From NCBI GenBank assembly GCA_937907455.1, contig CALESQ010000111.1, positions 21,454 to 85,453 of the forward strand: a stretch of 64,000 nucleotides of DNA, in the 5' to 3' direction. The notes beneath the pieces were generated by a model. The model did not search any database. It was not told the origin of the DNA and worked only from the letters and a program-made list of their open reading frames with translations. Below, in pieces: positions 26,561 through 35,524 of the stretch. Made by a program: the position numbers and the translations under genes. Source of the stretch: an uncultured Caldilineales bacterium. GTDB lineage: Bacteria > Chloroflexota > Anaerolineae > JAAEKA01. The number at the start of each line of letters is the position of its first letter. Position 1 is the stretch's first letter.

Positions 26561-26821
26561 TTACACGTTGATCCCGTTCCTGCGTAGTTCGGCAATGCAG
26601 GCATCGTAATTCCGGCGCGGTACCATCTGATACCAGTCAAGATCGTGCGTTACGTCAAGCCCTCGCCCGCCATGCTTGCGGATGATCTTGTCGGCTATGC
26701 GGAACTCCGCATCTGTGAACTCAACCATTCCTTCGCCGTTGGCTGTTCGTATCCCGTTTACGACTGGTGAGGCCCAGTCCATCATTGCACCGACTTTGAG
26801 TATTGTGGTGAAAAGCCCCAT
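26561..26821 (-). CDS. hypothetical protein (86 aa), lower GC
   Basis: ORF track; GGAGGTAAGGAG RBS. Confidence 0.5.
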   Translation of the reverse strand: MGLFTTILKVGAMMDWASPVVNGIRTANGEGMVEFTDAEFRIADKIIRKHGGRGLDVTHDLDWYQMVPRRNYDACIAELRRNGINV

Positions 26822-26826
26822 GCTCC

Positions 26827-27039
26827 TTACCTCCGATGTTTCAAAAACAAATCAGAGCCTTGGTGGCCGGCGGCGGGCTGGGCGGGGTCGGTTATCGTTG
26901 TCGGTGTTCCAGTGCCACAGGATGCCGCCGCCGGCCACCAGTCCTCGTCGCCGCTGGGCGCGCACAGGTCGCCGTCGAAGACCATGCGCAAGCCAATGCG
27001 GTCACAGAGGCTGTCGAGAAGGCGGGTGAGGATGGTCAT
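26827..27039 (-). CDS. hypothetical protein (70 aa)
   Basis: ORF track. Confidence 0.4.
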   Translation of the reverse strand: MTILTRLLDSLCDRIGLRMVFDGDLCAPSGDEDWWPAAASCGTGTPTTITDPAQPAAGHQGSDLFLKHRR

Positions 27040-27593
27040 CGTGCCACCTTGACAAACTTAATCCGTTTTCCGAGTTGACCCTTCAAGTATTCAACGGCAT
27101 TGACGATCTGTCCGTCCACGCGCATTACGCCGCGAGAGTAGGTGTATTCGTCTATGTACACAGTGACCTTTTCAATGTTCCACGCGCCAATGGTGGCCTC
27201 GGCCTTGTCAAGCGTTGGGTGGTCGTCGGGACGCCTTGTCCATTTGATGGATTCGTTTGTTGTCATTTCTACAACGGCGGACCCAGGGACGCGGCGAACC
27301 TTATCACTAACAACTTTTGACGCTTGGGCGTCGGCGTAGAGCTGAGCGCGCTCAGGCGTATCAGTCACAGACAAACCAGGGAACCTTGTGCTCTCGCCAC
27401 TTAATAAGTTGGAGAGCTTGTAATAAGTCGTCCCGTGGTATACACGCGTTTGACCTGTTTGGGCGTTCCTGCCACCGCCGGCCCCGCTCGTCCACTGGCC
27501 GCCGCCTTCCTGGCCGGCAGGCACACGCGGCTGGTCAGGGTTGTACCCCTTCGACCGCACCGATACCTTGGAAATGTTGATCTGTTGCGTCAT
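27036..27593 (-). CDS. hypothetical protein with N-terminal NPDQPRVPAGQ..GGQW motif (same motif as in gene 1..2455)
   Basis: GYNPDQPRVPAGQEGGGQWTSGAGGG at N-terminus; 185 aa. Confidence 0.5.
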   Translation of the reverse strand: MTQQINISKVSVRSKGYNPDQPRVPAGQEGGGQWTSGAGGGRNAQTGQTRVYHGTTYYKLSNLLSGESTRFPGLSVTDTPERAQLYADAQASKVVSDKVRRVPGSAVVEMTTNESIKWTRRPDDHPTLDKAEATIGAWNIEKVTVYIDEYTYSRGVMRVDGQIVNAVEYLKGQLGKRIKFVKVAR

Positions 27594-27865
27594 TGCGCCG
27601 TCTCCAGCAGAAGCGTCTGGTCGATGGGGATGCAGTCAATAGCGACCGCAGAGCCTCCGTAAACGTGATTTCGGGCAAACCAACAGACCACGCCGGCCTC
27701 GTAGTCAACAGCGCGAAACCAAGCCGTATGGCCGACGGCGCCCAACTCGACCACCAGTGTGTCTCCTGGCTGGTCAGCAGCCGAACCAGACACCGCGACA
27801 CACCCCAGCGCAAGGGTGAGCAGTATCAGTCCTATTGTCCAAGCCCAGAGCGTCTTAGCTTTCAC
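27590..27865 (-). CDS. small lipoprotein (signal peptide plus lipobox LALGC)
   Basis: GTG start after GGAGGAG; MKAKTLWAWTIGLILLTLALGCVAVSG. Confidence 0.55.
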   Translation of the reverse strand: MKAKTLWAWTIGLILLTLALGCVAVSGSAADQPGDTLVVELGAVGHTAWFRAVDYEAGVVCWFARNHVYGGSAVAIDCIPIDQTLLLETAQ

Positions 27866-27998
27866 GGCTACTCCTCCTCCGCCTTCTTGCCGGCAACCGG
27901 ATCGGCGAAGGTCACTTTGTACTGGATGTCAGGCATCAGCATACTCCGCAACGAGACGTAGGCGCGTGATGGGCCGGTTCTCGATGGGTCCTACCCGG

Positions 27999-28358
27999 TC
28001 AAAGGCACCCTCGAAGTGGACGCGCCCCGTAGAAAATCACCGGCTCCAGCGGCTCGCCGACTCGGTGCGTGTTCTCGCGGCGCAGGGTCAGTTCGTCGAT
28101 GCTCGCCCCTGTCGCCTCGACCAGCACTTGCACCTCTGGCTGCGGCTGGACTGGTGGGATGTGCATCCAGCGGTCAACGGCCTGGGGGGAGCCGATGGTT
28201 TGCGCTCGCACACCAAGGAAGTCGTTGCAATACCAAACATCGCTTTTTATGTAAGCAACGACTGGCCTGCCGCCCGTATAGGCCAACACTTCTTTGAAAT
28301 CTTCCGGCAGCGCGTCACGCGGGCTATTCCATTTGCCGGTTTCCAAATAGTCAACCAT
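27999..28358 (-). CDS. hypothetical protein (119 aa); possible frameshift at 3' end
   Basis: ORF track; coding continues in another frame for ~30 codons. Confidence 0.4.
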   Translation of the reverse strand: MVDYLETGKWNSPRDALPEDFKEVLAYTGGRPVVAYIKSDVWYCNDFLGVRAQTIGSPQAVDRWMHIPPVQPQPEVQVLVEATGASIDELTLRRENTHRVGEPLEPVIFYGARPLRGCL

Positions 28359-28554
28359 CGGTCTCGGCCTCCTCCCACACCAGCGGAGTCTCTGCCGGCA
28401 CCCAGCGCCCGATCACCCTCAGCACCAAGAACGGCTCTCCGTGCTTCCGCGCCAGCCGCTGGGCCTCGGCGTCGGCGGCCTCAGAAGTCTGGTGCCTGAT
28501 GGTCGCCTTGATGTCCGGCACACCCTCGCGCGCCACGATCCAGAACGGTGTCAC
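28351..28554 (-). CDS. hypothetical protein (67 aa)
   Basis: ORF track. Confidence 0.4.
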   Translation of the reverse strand: MTPFWIVAREGVPDIKATIRHQTSEAADAEAQRLARKHGEPFLVLRVIGRWVPAETPLVWEEAETDG

Positions 28555-28976
28555 TTTCGCACTCCTCTGGCCGCATCAGCCTCGGCCTTGCGCACGCCCT
28601 TGGCCATCATGTCATCAACGGCCAACGAGTCGGCCAGCACCGCCGCCGGCACCACCAGGTCGGCCAACTCGTGGGCCAAGACGGCAGTGTTGACCGTCAC
28701 ACCGGCGAACAAATCCAGCCGCTCGGTGAACAGCACACGCGCCCGCTCGCCCAGGTCGATGGCGTCCATCACGAACATCAACATGTCGCCGGTGATGCTG
28801 GGCAAGGAGATGGCGGCGCAAGCCTCGCCAACCTCCTCTAGCAACTTGACGAGCTGGCGCAAGGCCACCTCGTCGTCGGTCCAGCCGTCCAGGTAGCCGC
28901 GCAGGGCAACGGCCTGGACGATGCGATCTTGAGCGTTGCTGGTCTTCAAGAATTGCTCCAATTGCTGGCCCCGCAA
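28551..28976 (-). CDS. hypothetical protein (141 aa)
   Basis: ORF track. Confidence 0.5.
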   Translation of the reverse strand: MRGQQLEQFLKTSNAQDRIVQAVALRGYLDGWTDDEVALRQLVKLLEEVGEACAAISLPSITGDMLMFVMDAIDLGERARVLFTERLDLFAGVTVNTAVLAHELADLVVPAAVLADSLAVDDMMAKGVRKAEADAARGVRK

Positions 28977-29256
28977 AGCGAGGCCGTTACTGTTTCCGCG
29001 CGTGGCGGATCAGCTTCTCTGGGGCGGGCCGCCCTGGGCCATTGTGAAACCCATCAGCCCGCCCCATCGCTCGGCTTCGTTCGACACGGCCGATTTACAC
29101 GACCGTTGTCTGGGCCTGTTAGCCGGCGGGGAAAGGAAAACCGCCGTAGCGCCGGCCGGCCAAGGAGGAAGCACCGAACCGGGGCCGCGCCACCGAACGA
29201 AGACCCATGTCGCGCAAACATGCACCGCAGAAAACCAGTCTCTCCCTGGTCTACCA

Positions 29257-29640
29257 TCATTGCAACACCATCTCGCCGCGTCGCGCGGCCGGCTTGATAG
29301 TGGCCAAATACTCCGCCCGCTCTGCCACCGGCCACAGTTCGGCATACTGCGGGCGCCACGGGCCGGCCCAGATAGCCTCGTCCACGTCGGCGATCAGGTT
29401 GCGCGACTGCCGGTAGGCGACGTGGCCAGCCCAAGCGCAGTCCGCTACCCCGACCAACACGTCGCGCTGCCCAGGGCGCACCAGCACGTAGCGGTTGCCC
29501 AGCTCTGCGCAGTCGTTGACGGCGATGTAGCCCTCGACGCCGGGGTCGGCGCGGTCGGGGTAGCGGTCAAGGACGCTGGGCATCGCCGCGTGGACGACGA
29601 TCTGGCCGGCGATGACGCTGGCAAGGAGCAGGTTGGTCAC
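29257..29640 (-). CDS. hypothetical protein (127 aa)
   Basis: ORF track. Confidence 0.5.
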   Translation of the reverse strand: MTNLLLASVIAGQIVVHAAMPSVLDRYPDRADPGVEGYIAVNDCAELGNRYVLVRPGQRDVLVGVADCAWAGHVAYRQSRNLIADVDEAIWAGPWRPQYAELWPVAERAEYLATIKPAARRGEMVLQ

Positions 29641-29969
29641 GCTGCGTCCACCGGCAACGAGGCCGCCGCCACGGCAGCCGCCTCGTCCATGTCGAGCGAG
29701 TTCTGCACCAACTCCCAGACCAACTGGCAGAACTCATCCCGGCCCACGTAGTTGCTTCCCACGGCGAAGGTGTCATAAGCCACACCGGCCAGCAACTTGA
29801 TACGCTCCTCGGTGACGACCGAGCCGGCCTGGACGCGGATAGCAGCGGCCAGGGCGGCCGCGTCGCGCCAGAGCGGCTCAGGCAGGCCACGGCGCGCGAA
29901 CCAGGCGACAGCGGCGCCGGCAATGAAGATGGCGACAGCGGCAAGAGCGAGGGCGATACCAGAATCCAT
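29637..29969 (-). CDS. small membrane protein (one N-terminal TM helix; holin-like candidate)
   Basis: rc ATG 29967-29969 after GGAGG; IALALAAVAIFIAGAAVAWF. Confidence 0.45.
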   Translation of the reverse strand: MDSGIALALAAVAIFIAGAAVAWFARRGLPEPLWRDAAALAAAIRVQAGSVVTEERIKLLAGVAYDTFAVGSNYVGRDEFCQLVWELVQNSLDMDEAAAVAAASLPVDAA

Positions 29970-29994
29970 GTGAGAGACCTCCAGGGGGACAACG

Positions 29995-31272
29995 CTAAAG
30001 GGAAGCGCGCAAAAGACTGTAGTCGTATCCATCACTGCGCTGTAGTAGCGTAAGGTGTTTGTGGTGTACGCTGAAACCGCTAAGAGAAAAAAACGGTGAT
30101 CGACGGATAGTTATCCTACCAACATGCGTACCTGTATGCTTGCCTCTTGGCACAACCGCCTTCACGATGTCACCGGTCTGGTAGCCAAGGTAGCGCTTCT
30201 CATTCCCGCGGTGGCGCTTGGGGAAACCGTACTTGTCAGTTTGGCACATCTGGCGCGTGCCACGTCCGGTCGCCTTGATGCGTAATACCTGCATCTCAGG
30301 GTTCAGCATCACACCCAACCCCGATATACCCACGCACGCCGCGTCGATCCAATGCGCTTTGGGATAGCCGTTTTCGTGCCGGTTCCGGGCGGTACGGCCA
30401 CCGCTGCCCCACTCGACGCGCAGGCCGGTTTGACCAAGCGCGTCAGCGAGGGCGTTACGAGTCGTGTTGACTGATGCCGCATCTCTGAGTGGCTTCTTCA
30501 CTTGCCGCTCGATATTGGCCGCCTTCTCTGGCCCGACGAAGACCTCCAGCCGCTGGTTGCCGCGCTTCTGGTTGCACTCATAGCAGGCCCAGGCCAGATT
30601 GTCGATGCGGTCGGAACCGCCGAGGCTGCGAGGGGTGATGTGCTCGATGGTTCCCCGCACTGCCGGCCGCGCGCCGCAGTAGATGCAGGTGTGGTTGAAC
30701 TTGTGCAGCAGATACTCGCGCACCTCCGTACCTTGCAAGGTGCCCTGTTGGTACTCTACGCCGCTGATCTCCGGGTTGCGCATCGCCTGCACGTCGAACT
30801 TGACGCGCTCTAGGCTGATCATGCTGACTGGCGCAAAACGGCGCAGCCTGCCGACCCAGGTCATTACGCTGTCCACCTTGCTGCGCATCGACGGCGCCAA
30901 CCATCCTTGAAGGCGACGGCGGTTGTCAAAACGAGCGGGGCGGTAGCGGGTCTTGCGGTTGCGCCGGCCGCGCCGCAGTTGCCGTCGCGCTGTCATCTTG
31001 TTAGCCACGTTGGTACGGTGCTGCAACTCAGCAGCCCAGACAACTTCGCCGTTGGTTACAACAGCCAAGCCAGTTTGTTTGCTGCCGGGGTCGATCTTGA
31101 CCTGGACCGGCTGCACGTCGCCATTTTTTCGGTCGTGTAGGATAATGGTAAAAGGGTAGCGCCTGTAGACGCTGGCCCGCCCACTCTTGAGGAGTTCTCG
31201 CGCCCGTGCTGGGTGGCAGGGCATCAGGGGTTTACGGTTCGTATCTAGTACGAAAACTGAGTTTTGTTTCAT
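29995..31272 (-). CDS. iscB: IscB-family RNA-guided nuclease (OMEGA / proto-Cas9; PLMP, RuvC-I/II/III, Arg-rich bridge helix, HNH)
   Basis: NRKPLMPCHPARA (PLMP); KIDPGSKQTGLAVV (RuvC-I); RRQLRRGRRNRKTRYRPARFDNRRR; CIYCG..HITPRSLGGSDRIDNLAWACYECNQKRGN (HNH); HWIDAACVG (RuvC-III); 425 aa. Confidence 0.85.
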   Translation of the reverse strand: MKQNSVFVLDTNRKPLMPCHPARARELLKSGRASVYRRYPFTIILHDRKNGDVQPVQVKIDPGSKQTGLAVVTNGEVVWAAELQHRTNVANKMTARRQLRRGRRNRKTRYRPARFDNRRRLQGWLAPSMRSKVDSVMTWVGRLRRFAPVSMISLERVKFDVQAMRNPEISGVEYQQGTLQGTEVREYLLHKFNHTCIYCGARPAVRGTIEHITPRSLGGSDRIDNLAWACYECNQKRGNQRLEVFVGPEKAANIERQVKKPLRDAASVNTTRNALADALGQTGLRVEWGSGGRTARNRHENGYPKAHWIDAACVGISGLGVMLNPEMQVLRIKATGRGTRQMCQTDKYGFPKRHRGNEKRYLGYQTGDIVKAVVPRGKHTGTHVGRITIRRSPFFSLSGFSVHHKHLTLLQRSDGYDYSLLRASL

Positions 31273-31508
31273 CTTACGATGAACTCACCTTTCGGTGGTA
31301 ACGGTCTCCTCGACAATGTTATCCGAAGGTTTTCGACCAACGCACTGGCTTAACCACTTCACCTGTTTAACGTTGGCCCGCAGAGCGTGGGGCTGGAGAA
31401 GCACCCCACGGTGCCTGTATCATTCTTCGGTAACGTAGCCCGATGGACCTTGCGGCCCCTTGCTGTGTCTGGTTTCACGTCTCCTGTGCGGATTGTCAAG
31501 ACTGCGAG
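31273..31508 (-). ncRNA. omega-RNA/tracrRNA-like scaffold: anti-repeat (plus coords 31472-31508) joined to a ~200-nt structured leader directly upstream of the iscB start
   Basis: 31472-31508 is an imperfect reverse complement (~29/38) of the CRISPR repeat; non-coding, 236 nt; position matches IscB omega-RNA architecture. Confidence 0.5.
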
Positions 31509-31535
31509 TTGTCCATGTTTCGCCTACGTCTTTGC

Positions 31536-31785
31536 GCTCTCAGTCTAGACAACCCGCACAGGCGTGGGTGAAACCTACGTGACCCGAAAAAGGCGGCGCG
31601 CGCCAAGCGGCTCTCAGTCTAGACAACCCGCACAGGCGTGGGTGAAACCTATGCTATCCAGAAAAGCGCGGGCCGCTGCAATGTCTCTCAGTCTAGACAA
31701 CCCGCACAGGCGTGGGTGAAACCGGGCACCAAGTACGATCTAACCAACCTCTCAGTCTAGACAACCCACACAGGCATGGGTAAAA
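31536..31785 (-). CRISPR. CRISPR mini-array: 4 repeats of 38 bp (4th degenerate), spacers 36, 36 and 26 bp
   Basis: repeat CTCTCAGTCTAGACAACCCGCACAGGCGTGGGTGAAAC at 31536, 31610, 31684, 31748 (last has 3 mismatches); spacers unique. Confidence 0.8.
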
Positions 31786-31817
31786 CCATATCGTGCCGGA
31801 ATCATCGTGCCAGAACA

Positions 31818-31847
31818 ATTGTACCACGCCCCCCGCCCTGCTGTCAA
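31818..31847 (-). promoter_or_regulatory. minus-strand promoter (TTGACA-N18-TACAAT) reading into CRISPR array, omega-RNA and iscB
   Basis: rc TTGACA at 31842-31847, rc TACAAT at 31818-31823, in AT-rich leader. Confidence 0.55.
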
Positions 31848-31891
31848 TAGTTTTGGGGATAAATTTCAGTACATCGGCAAAATTCGTATCT

Positions 31892-32176
31892 TTACCCCAA
31901 ATCCACGCCAGTTACCTCCCCGCGCGCAATCGTAATCTCCGTGAAGATTTGCCGCAATAGCGCGTTGGCCTCCGTCACCGGCGCCGCCAGCAGTCGCTCC
32001 TCCAGGGTGGGCAAGACTTCCGCCAACAGCGCCAGCCGCCCCGCGCGTCGGCGCACCCGGCCGGCCGCGTCGCGCAAGCGCTGAAGCTCCCCTTCCACCT
32101 GGGCCACCTGCGTCGCCGTCTCCCGCTCCCGCGCGTCGAACTCCTCCAGGCTGATGCGGGCGGTCTCGAACAGCAA
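31892..32176 (-). CDS. hypothetical coiled-coil protein (94 aa)
   Basis: ORF track. Confidence 0.35.
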   Translation of the reverse strand: MLFETARISLEEFDARERETATQVAQVEGELQRLRDAAGRVRRRAGRLALLAEVLPTLEERLLAAPVTEANALLRQIFTEITIARGEVTGVDLG

Positions 32177-32317
32177 GATCAGCCGGCCGCGCCGTTCGGT
32201 CAGGCCGGCCAGCTCGCGCGCCAGCGACTCCGCCCGGTCGGCGCCGGCCAGAGGCGGCGGCGCGTCGTCCGGCGTATACTCAGCCAGGATCAGGCGCAGG
32301 TACGTCGAACTTCAGAT

Positions 32318-32346
32318 TTGACAGAGTACGTTATAGTCGCTATAAT
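32318..32346 (+). promoter_or_regulatory. perfect consensus promoter TTGACA-N17-TATAAT
   Basis: TTGACA 32318-32323, TATAAT 32341-32346. Confidence 0.7.
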
Positions 32347-32392
32347 GACTTTAACAGTACGAGTAAGTCAAACAACAGCCACGGAGGTACAA

Positions 32393-32593
32393 GTGCAGCA
32401 AGAACCAGAATACACCACGATGCAAATCTTGACGCTTCATCGCAGGCAGATTGAGCGATTGCAGTTTTTGGCCCAGGCCGCAGAAAACCGCCCCATCCAA
32501 CTGCGCGAGATGACCGCTACGGTGGTTGACGCCGGCCTGAAGGCGCTAACTCCCATCATCGCGCCGAATAGCGTTTTTGTCGATGAGGTGTAA
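32393..32593 (+). CDS. hypothetical protein (66 aa)
   Basis: GTG 32393 after GGAGG. Confidence 0.45.
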   Translation: MQQEPEYTTMQILTLHRRQIERLQFLAQAAENRPIQLREMTATVVDAGLKALTPIIAPNSVFVDEV

Positions 32594-32600
32594 AAACGCA

Positions 32601-32840
32601 ATGAAAACCATCATTCCGCAGCAAAAGGCGCACCGCCTGCGAACTGCTTTGCACACCAGCTACGGGCGGGATGCCGCCGCTGGCTACACCGCGGTGCGCA
32701 TCAACCACACGCCCTTCCCGCAATTAACCGCTGAAGATCGGTGTTCGGTCCTCGGCCAGATCGCGCAGTTCTTTCGTGACCTGGCCGAGCAGGCCGAAGA
32801 GGAACGCCTCACCATCGCCCAGGAGGAACTTTCAGCATGA
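32601..32840 (+). CDS. hypothetical protein (79 aa)
   Basis: ATG 32601; frame of ORF 32577..32840. Confidence 0.5.
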   Translation: MKTIIPQQKAHRLRTALHTSYGRDAAAGYTAVRINHTPFPQLTAEDRCSVLGQIAQFFRDLAEQAEEERLTIAQEELSA

Positions 32841-32965
32841 AGAACACCCTACTCGCCGTCGCCTTTCTCGCATCGACGCTCCTGCCGGCGGCCTCGGTCG
32901 CGCCGGCCCAGAGCCTGGTTTGCAAAATCGTCCCCAACCAAATTGTCTGCCAGGTGGTGAAATGA
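32837..32965 (+). CDS. small secreted peptide (42 aa): signal peptide plus 16-aa mature peptide with two Cys (LVCKIVPNQIVCQVVK)
   Basis: AGGAGG RBS 10 nt upstream; MKNTLLAVAFLASTLLPAASVAPAQS signal; ATGA overlaps on both sides. Confidence 0.5.
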   Translation: MKNTLLAVAFLASTLLPAASVAPAQSLVCKIVPNQIVCQVVK

Positions 32966-33330
32966 AACGCGTCGCCGACCTGGACGTGAAAGACCCCGTC
33001 TGGCGAGAGATCGTAGTCGCCGCCATCGCCCGTGGCTCGGTGCGCGGCCTGCCCAAGCCGGCGGGGCTGCCAACCGACGGCGATCTGACGTTGCAGTACA
33101 ACGTCTACGGCCGGCGCCGGGTGATCTACCGGATGGCAAACCAAACTGTCACCCTGGGCAGTTGCAAGGACAGTTACTTCGAGCAGCTACGGCAGGAGTG
33201 GTTGCGAGACCACCCCGTCACCCTGGAGTGCGGCCGGCAAGTCGTCGTCACCTTTGACGGCGGCAACCCCGACCTGGCCCGACCTTTGCCGGTGGAGCTT
33301 TTTCGCCGGCCCACCTTACAAGGAGCGTAA
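32962..33330 (+). CDS. hypothetical protein (122 aa)
   Basis: ATG 32962 overlapping upstream stop. Confidence 0.5.
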   Translation: MKRVADLDVKDPVWREIVVAAIARGSVRGLPKPAGLPTDGDLTLQYNVYGRRRVIYRMANQTVTLGSCKDSYFEQLRQEWLRDHPVTLECGRQVVVTFDGGNPDLARPLPVELFRRPTLQGA

Positions 33331-33334
33331 CCCC

Positions 33335-33592
33335 ATGACCTGCGTCGCTGACAACACCCACGCCTTCATCTCCCCTGGCGCCTTCGAGATCGACGGCAAG
33401 GTCCGTGACGGCCTTATCACCGCCACCCGCTGGGAGGAGGGACGGCTGGAGATCGTCATCCAGCCCCTGTTCCAACTGCCCCACCCCATCGAGATCAGAG
33501 TTCTCCTGGACGACGCTGACCTGGCCAGTGTCAACACCCTGCTGCGCCAGCAAGTGAACGAGGAGGAGGTCGCCGATGATCAAGCCGCGTAG
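33335..33592 (+). CDS. hypothetical protein (85 aa)
   Basis: ATG 33335 after AGGAGCG. Confidence 0.5.
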   Translation: MTCVADNTHAFISPGAFEIDGKVRDGLITATRWEEGRLEIVIQPLFQLPHPIEIRVLLDDADLASVNTLLRQQVNEEEVADDQAA

Positions 33593-34550
33593 AACCCCCA
33601 TCATTCTCTCCCAGACCACCACCGCACAGGACGACGTGGCCGTGGTGCTGGGCCGCGCGCCGGCGCAGGAAATCATCGCCCCGTTCAGCTACGAGGAGTT
33701 GGATCCGGAGACCCGCATCGTCGCCCGCCAGGCCGCCAGCGAGATCAAGACGCTGATGCGGCAGACAGCCCAGGGCGTGATGGACATCGGCCAGCGCCTG
33801 ATCGAAGTCAAGGAGCGCCTGCCCCACGGGCGCTTCGGCAGCTGGCTGCACCAGGAGTTTCAGTGGTCGGAGCGCACGGCGCACAACTTCATGGCCGTGG
33901 CGCACAGCTTCAAATCCGCAAATTTTGCGGATTTGAGCATCGCCCCGTCGGCCCTCTACGCGCTGGCCGGCCCGTCGGTGCCGGCGGCGGCCCGCCAGGA
34001 GGCTGTCCAGCGCGCGACCAACGGCCAGGCCGTCACCCACAAGCAGGCCCGCCAGATCGTCGCCCAGCACCGGCCGGCGCCGACTCCCAAGCCCAAGCCG
34101 GCCCCGGTCGCCGCGCCGGCTGAGGAGACGCCCGACAGCCCCTACACCGTCGTGGTTTCCTGGCTGGCCGGCCGCTTCGGCAACGACAACCAGCGCCTGT
34201 TTGCGGTGCGGGAGTTGCTCAACCAAAAGACCAAGAGCCAATACTGGCCCAGCATCGCCCGCCTGCTGCCCGGCGTCAGCGAAAGCGACGCGCTGATGGT
34301 GCTGGATGCGGTAAGGGCCGACCTGGAGGGCAGCGCGCCGGCCACGCCCAGGGCGCCGCTGCCGGCTGCCCGCGTCACCTTTGCCCCGCCGCCGGCCGCG
34401 CGCCAGCCCAGCGCCGAGGAGCGCCTGGAGAGCCTGCGCCGCCGGCTGGCCGACGTGCTGCTCCTGCCCCACACCGCCAGCGACGACGAGTTGGTCGAGG
34501 CCGTTGAGACGGTGGTCGCAGCCTGGCGATTGAACGAGGCCGGCCAATGA
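33576..34550 (+). CDS. DUF3102-like DNA-binding protein (plasmid/phage partition-associated), Pro/Ala-rich C-terminal half
   Basis: GRFGSWLHQEFQWSERTAHNFMAVAHSF; AGGAGGAGG RBS; operator palindrome lies inside the coding sequence (33912-33934). Confidence 0.6.
   Translation: MIKPRRTPIILSQTTTAQDDVAVVLGRAPAQEIIAPFSYEELDPETRIVARQAASEIKTLMRQTAQGVMDIGQRLIEVKERLPHGRFGSWLHQEFQWSERTAHNFMAVAHSFKSANFADLSIAPSALYALAGPSVPAAARQEAVQRATNGQAVTHKQARQIVAQHRPAPTPKPKPAPVAAPAEETPDSPYTVVVSWLAGRFGNDNQRLFAVRELLNQKTKSQYWPSIARLLPGVSESDALMVLDAVRADLEGSAPATPRAPLPAARVTFAPPPAARQPSAEERLESLRRRLADVLLLPHTASDDELVEAVETVVAAWRLNEAGQ
33912..33934. promoter_or_regulatory. palindromic operator-like site copy 4 (intragenic)
   Basis: aaatccgcaaattttgcggattt encoding KSANFADL. 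Confidence 0.5.
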
Positions 34551-35524
34551 GAATCCTTGAGCAAGACGCCCGTTTTCGCGCTTACATCTATGACGCGATA
34601 CAGCAAACGAACATCGCGCCTGCGATGGTGGATATTAGCGATGCCGCCAATTGGTTCTGGGCCGAAAGTCCGCAGGATAACTGGGACTTAGCAACTGACA
34701 TGCACGCTTTAACGCTGCCCAACAAAGTCACATATCTGGAGTATGCCATTCCGTCCGCGATGAACGTAAACGGAACAATGGAAAAATCAGGATTGACGGG
34801 AAAGAGGGCAGGATGTATTGCGCTGTGCTTGGAGATCGAAAATGAGAAGAGGATTGATGCCCAAAGAAATTGGATGCTGGAGGCTTTTCTTGTTGCGCCG
34901 GAGCCAGATAGGAAATTGTATTTTGAGCGCTTGCAAAAAGACAAGGAGTGGCAAGAGAAACGAGAGACCGGATTAGTGAACGGCATCATCCCTTCGTTTC
35001 TTCTCGACGCCACTGTTCTTATCAGTGACGGCAAGAAAACCATACGGATGATCAGAGTTACTATGTACCTTGATGAGCAAGGAAAGGCATACCCAGGCGA
35101 ACAAGGAACTATGTTGCTCAGCGCCCATTTGCCTGGCCTGAGCGAAAAACATGCACCTTTATCGGGATTTTTACCGTTTGCGTTCGCCATTAGCCTGATG
35201 AACTGCCGAAACGTGGAACTCATTGACGACCGAAGAGTGCTTTCGCGAAACCAGCGGCGGCGGATGGAGAGGGACAAGCAGCCGATCATCACGTACAAAT
35301 GGCTGCACATCAAGCAATTCCAAAAGAGGGTGGACTCCGACATGGAGCACCAGAAGACCGGACGGCATAACCGCCTGCACTTCGTGCGTGCCCACTGGGC
35401 CACCTACACAGCGGACGCCCCTCTGTTCGGCAAATACGAGGGAGTGTTTTTCAAGCCATCGCACGTCAAAGGACGATTATCTTCCGGCGTCGCGCTCAAG
35501 GATTACAAGGTCGATGCCCCATGA
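34547..35524 (+). CDS. hypothetical protein (325 aa), low-GC island
   Basis: ORF track; markedly lower GC than flanks. Confidence 0.6.
   Translation: MRILEQDARFRAYIYDAIQQTNIAPAMVDISDAANWFWAESPQDNWDLATDMHALTLPNKVTYLEYAIPSAMNVNGTMEKSGLTGKRAGCIALCLEIENEKRIDAQRNWMLEAFLVAPEPDRKLYFERLQKDKEWQEKRETGLVNGIIPSFLLDATVLISDGKKTIRMIRVTMYLDEQGKAYPGEQGTMLLSAHLPGLSEKHAPLSGFLPFAFAISLMNCRNVELIDDRRVLSRNQRRRMERDKQPIITYKWLHIKQFQKRVDSDMEHQKTGRHNRLHFVRAHWATYTADAPLFGKYEGVFFKPSHVKGRLSSGVALKDYKVDAP

Noticed and set aside
31536-31785. Possibility that the 38-bp repeats are only a dispersed repeat or IS end rather than CRISPR
   Set aside because: Regular spacing with unique 26-36 bp spacers, a degenerate terminal repeat, an adjacent anti-repeat and an IscB nuclease all favour CRISPR. 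The alternative is retained only as a low-probability option.
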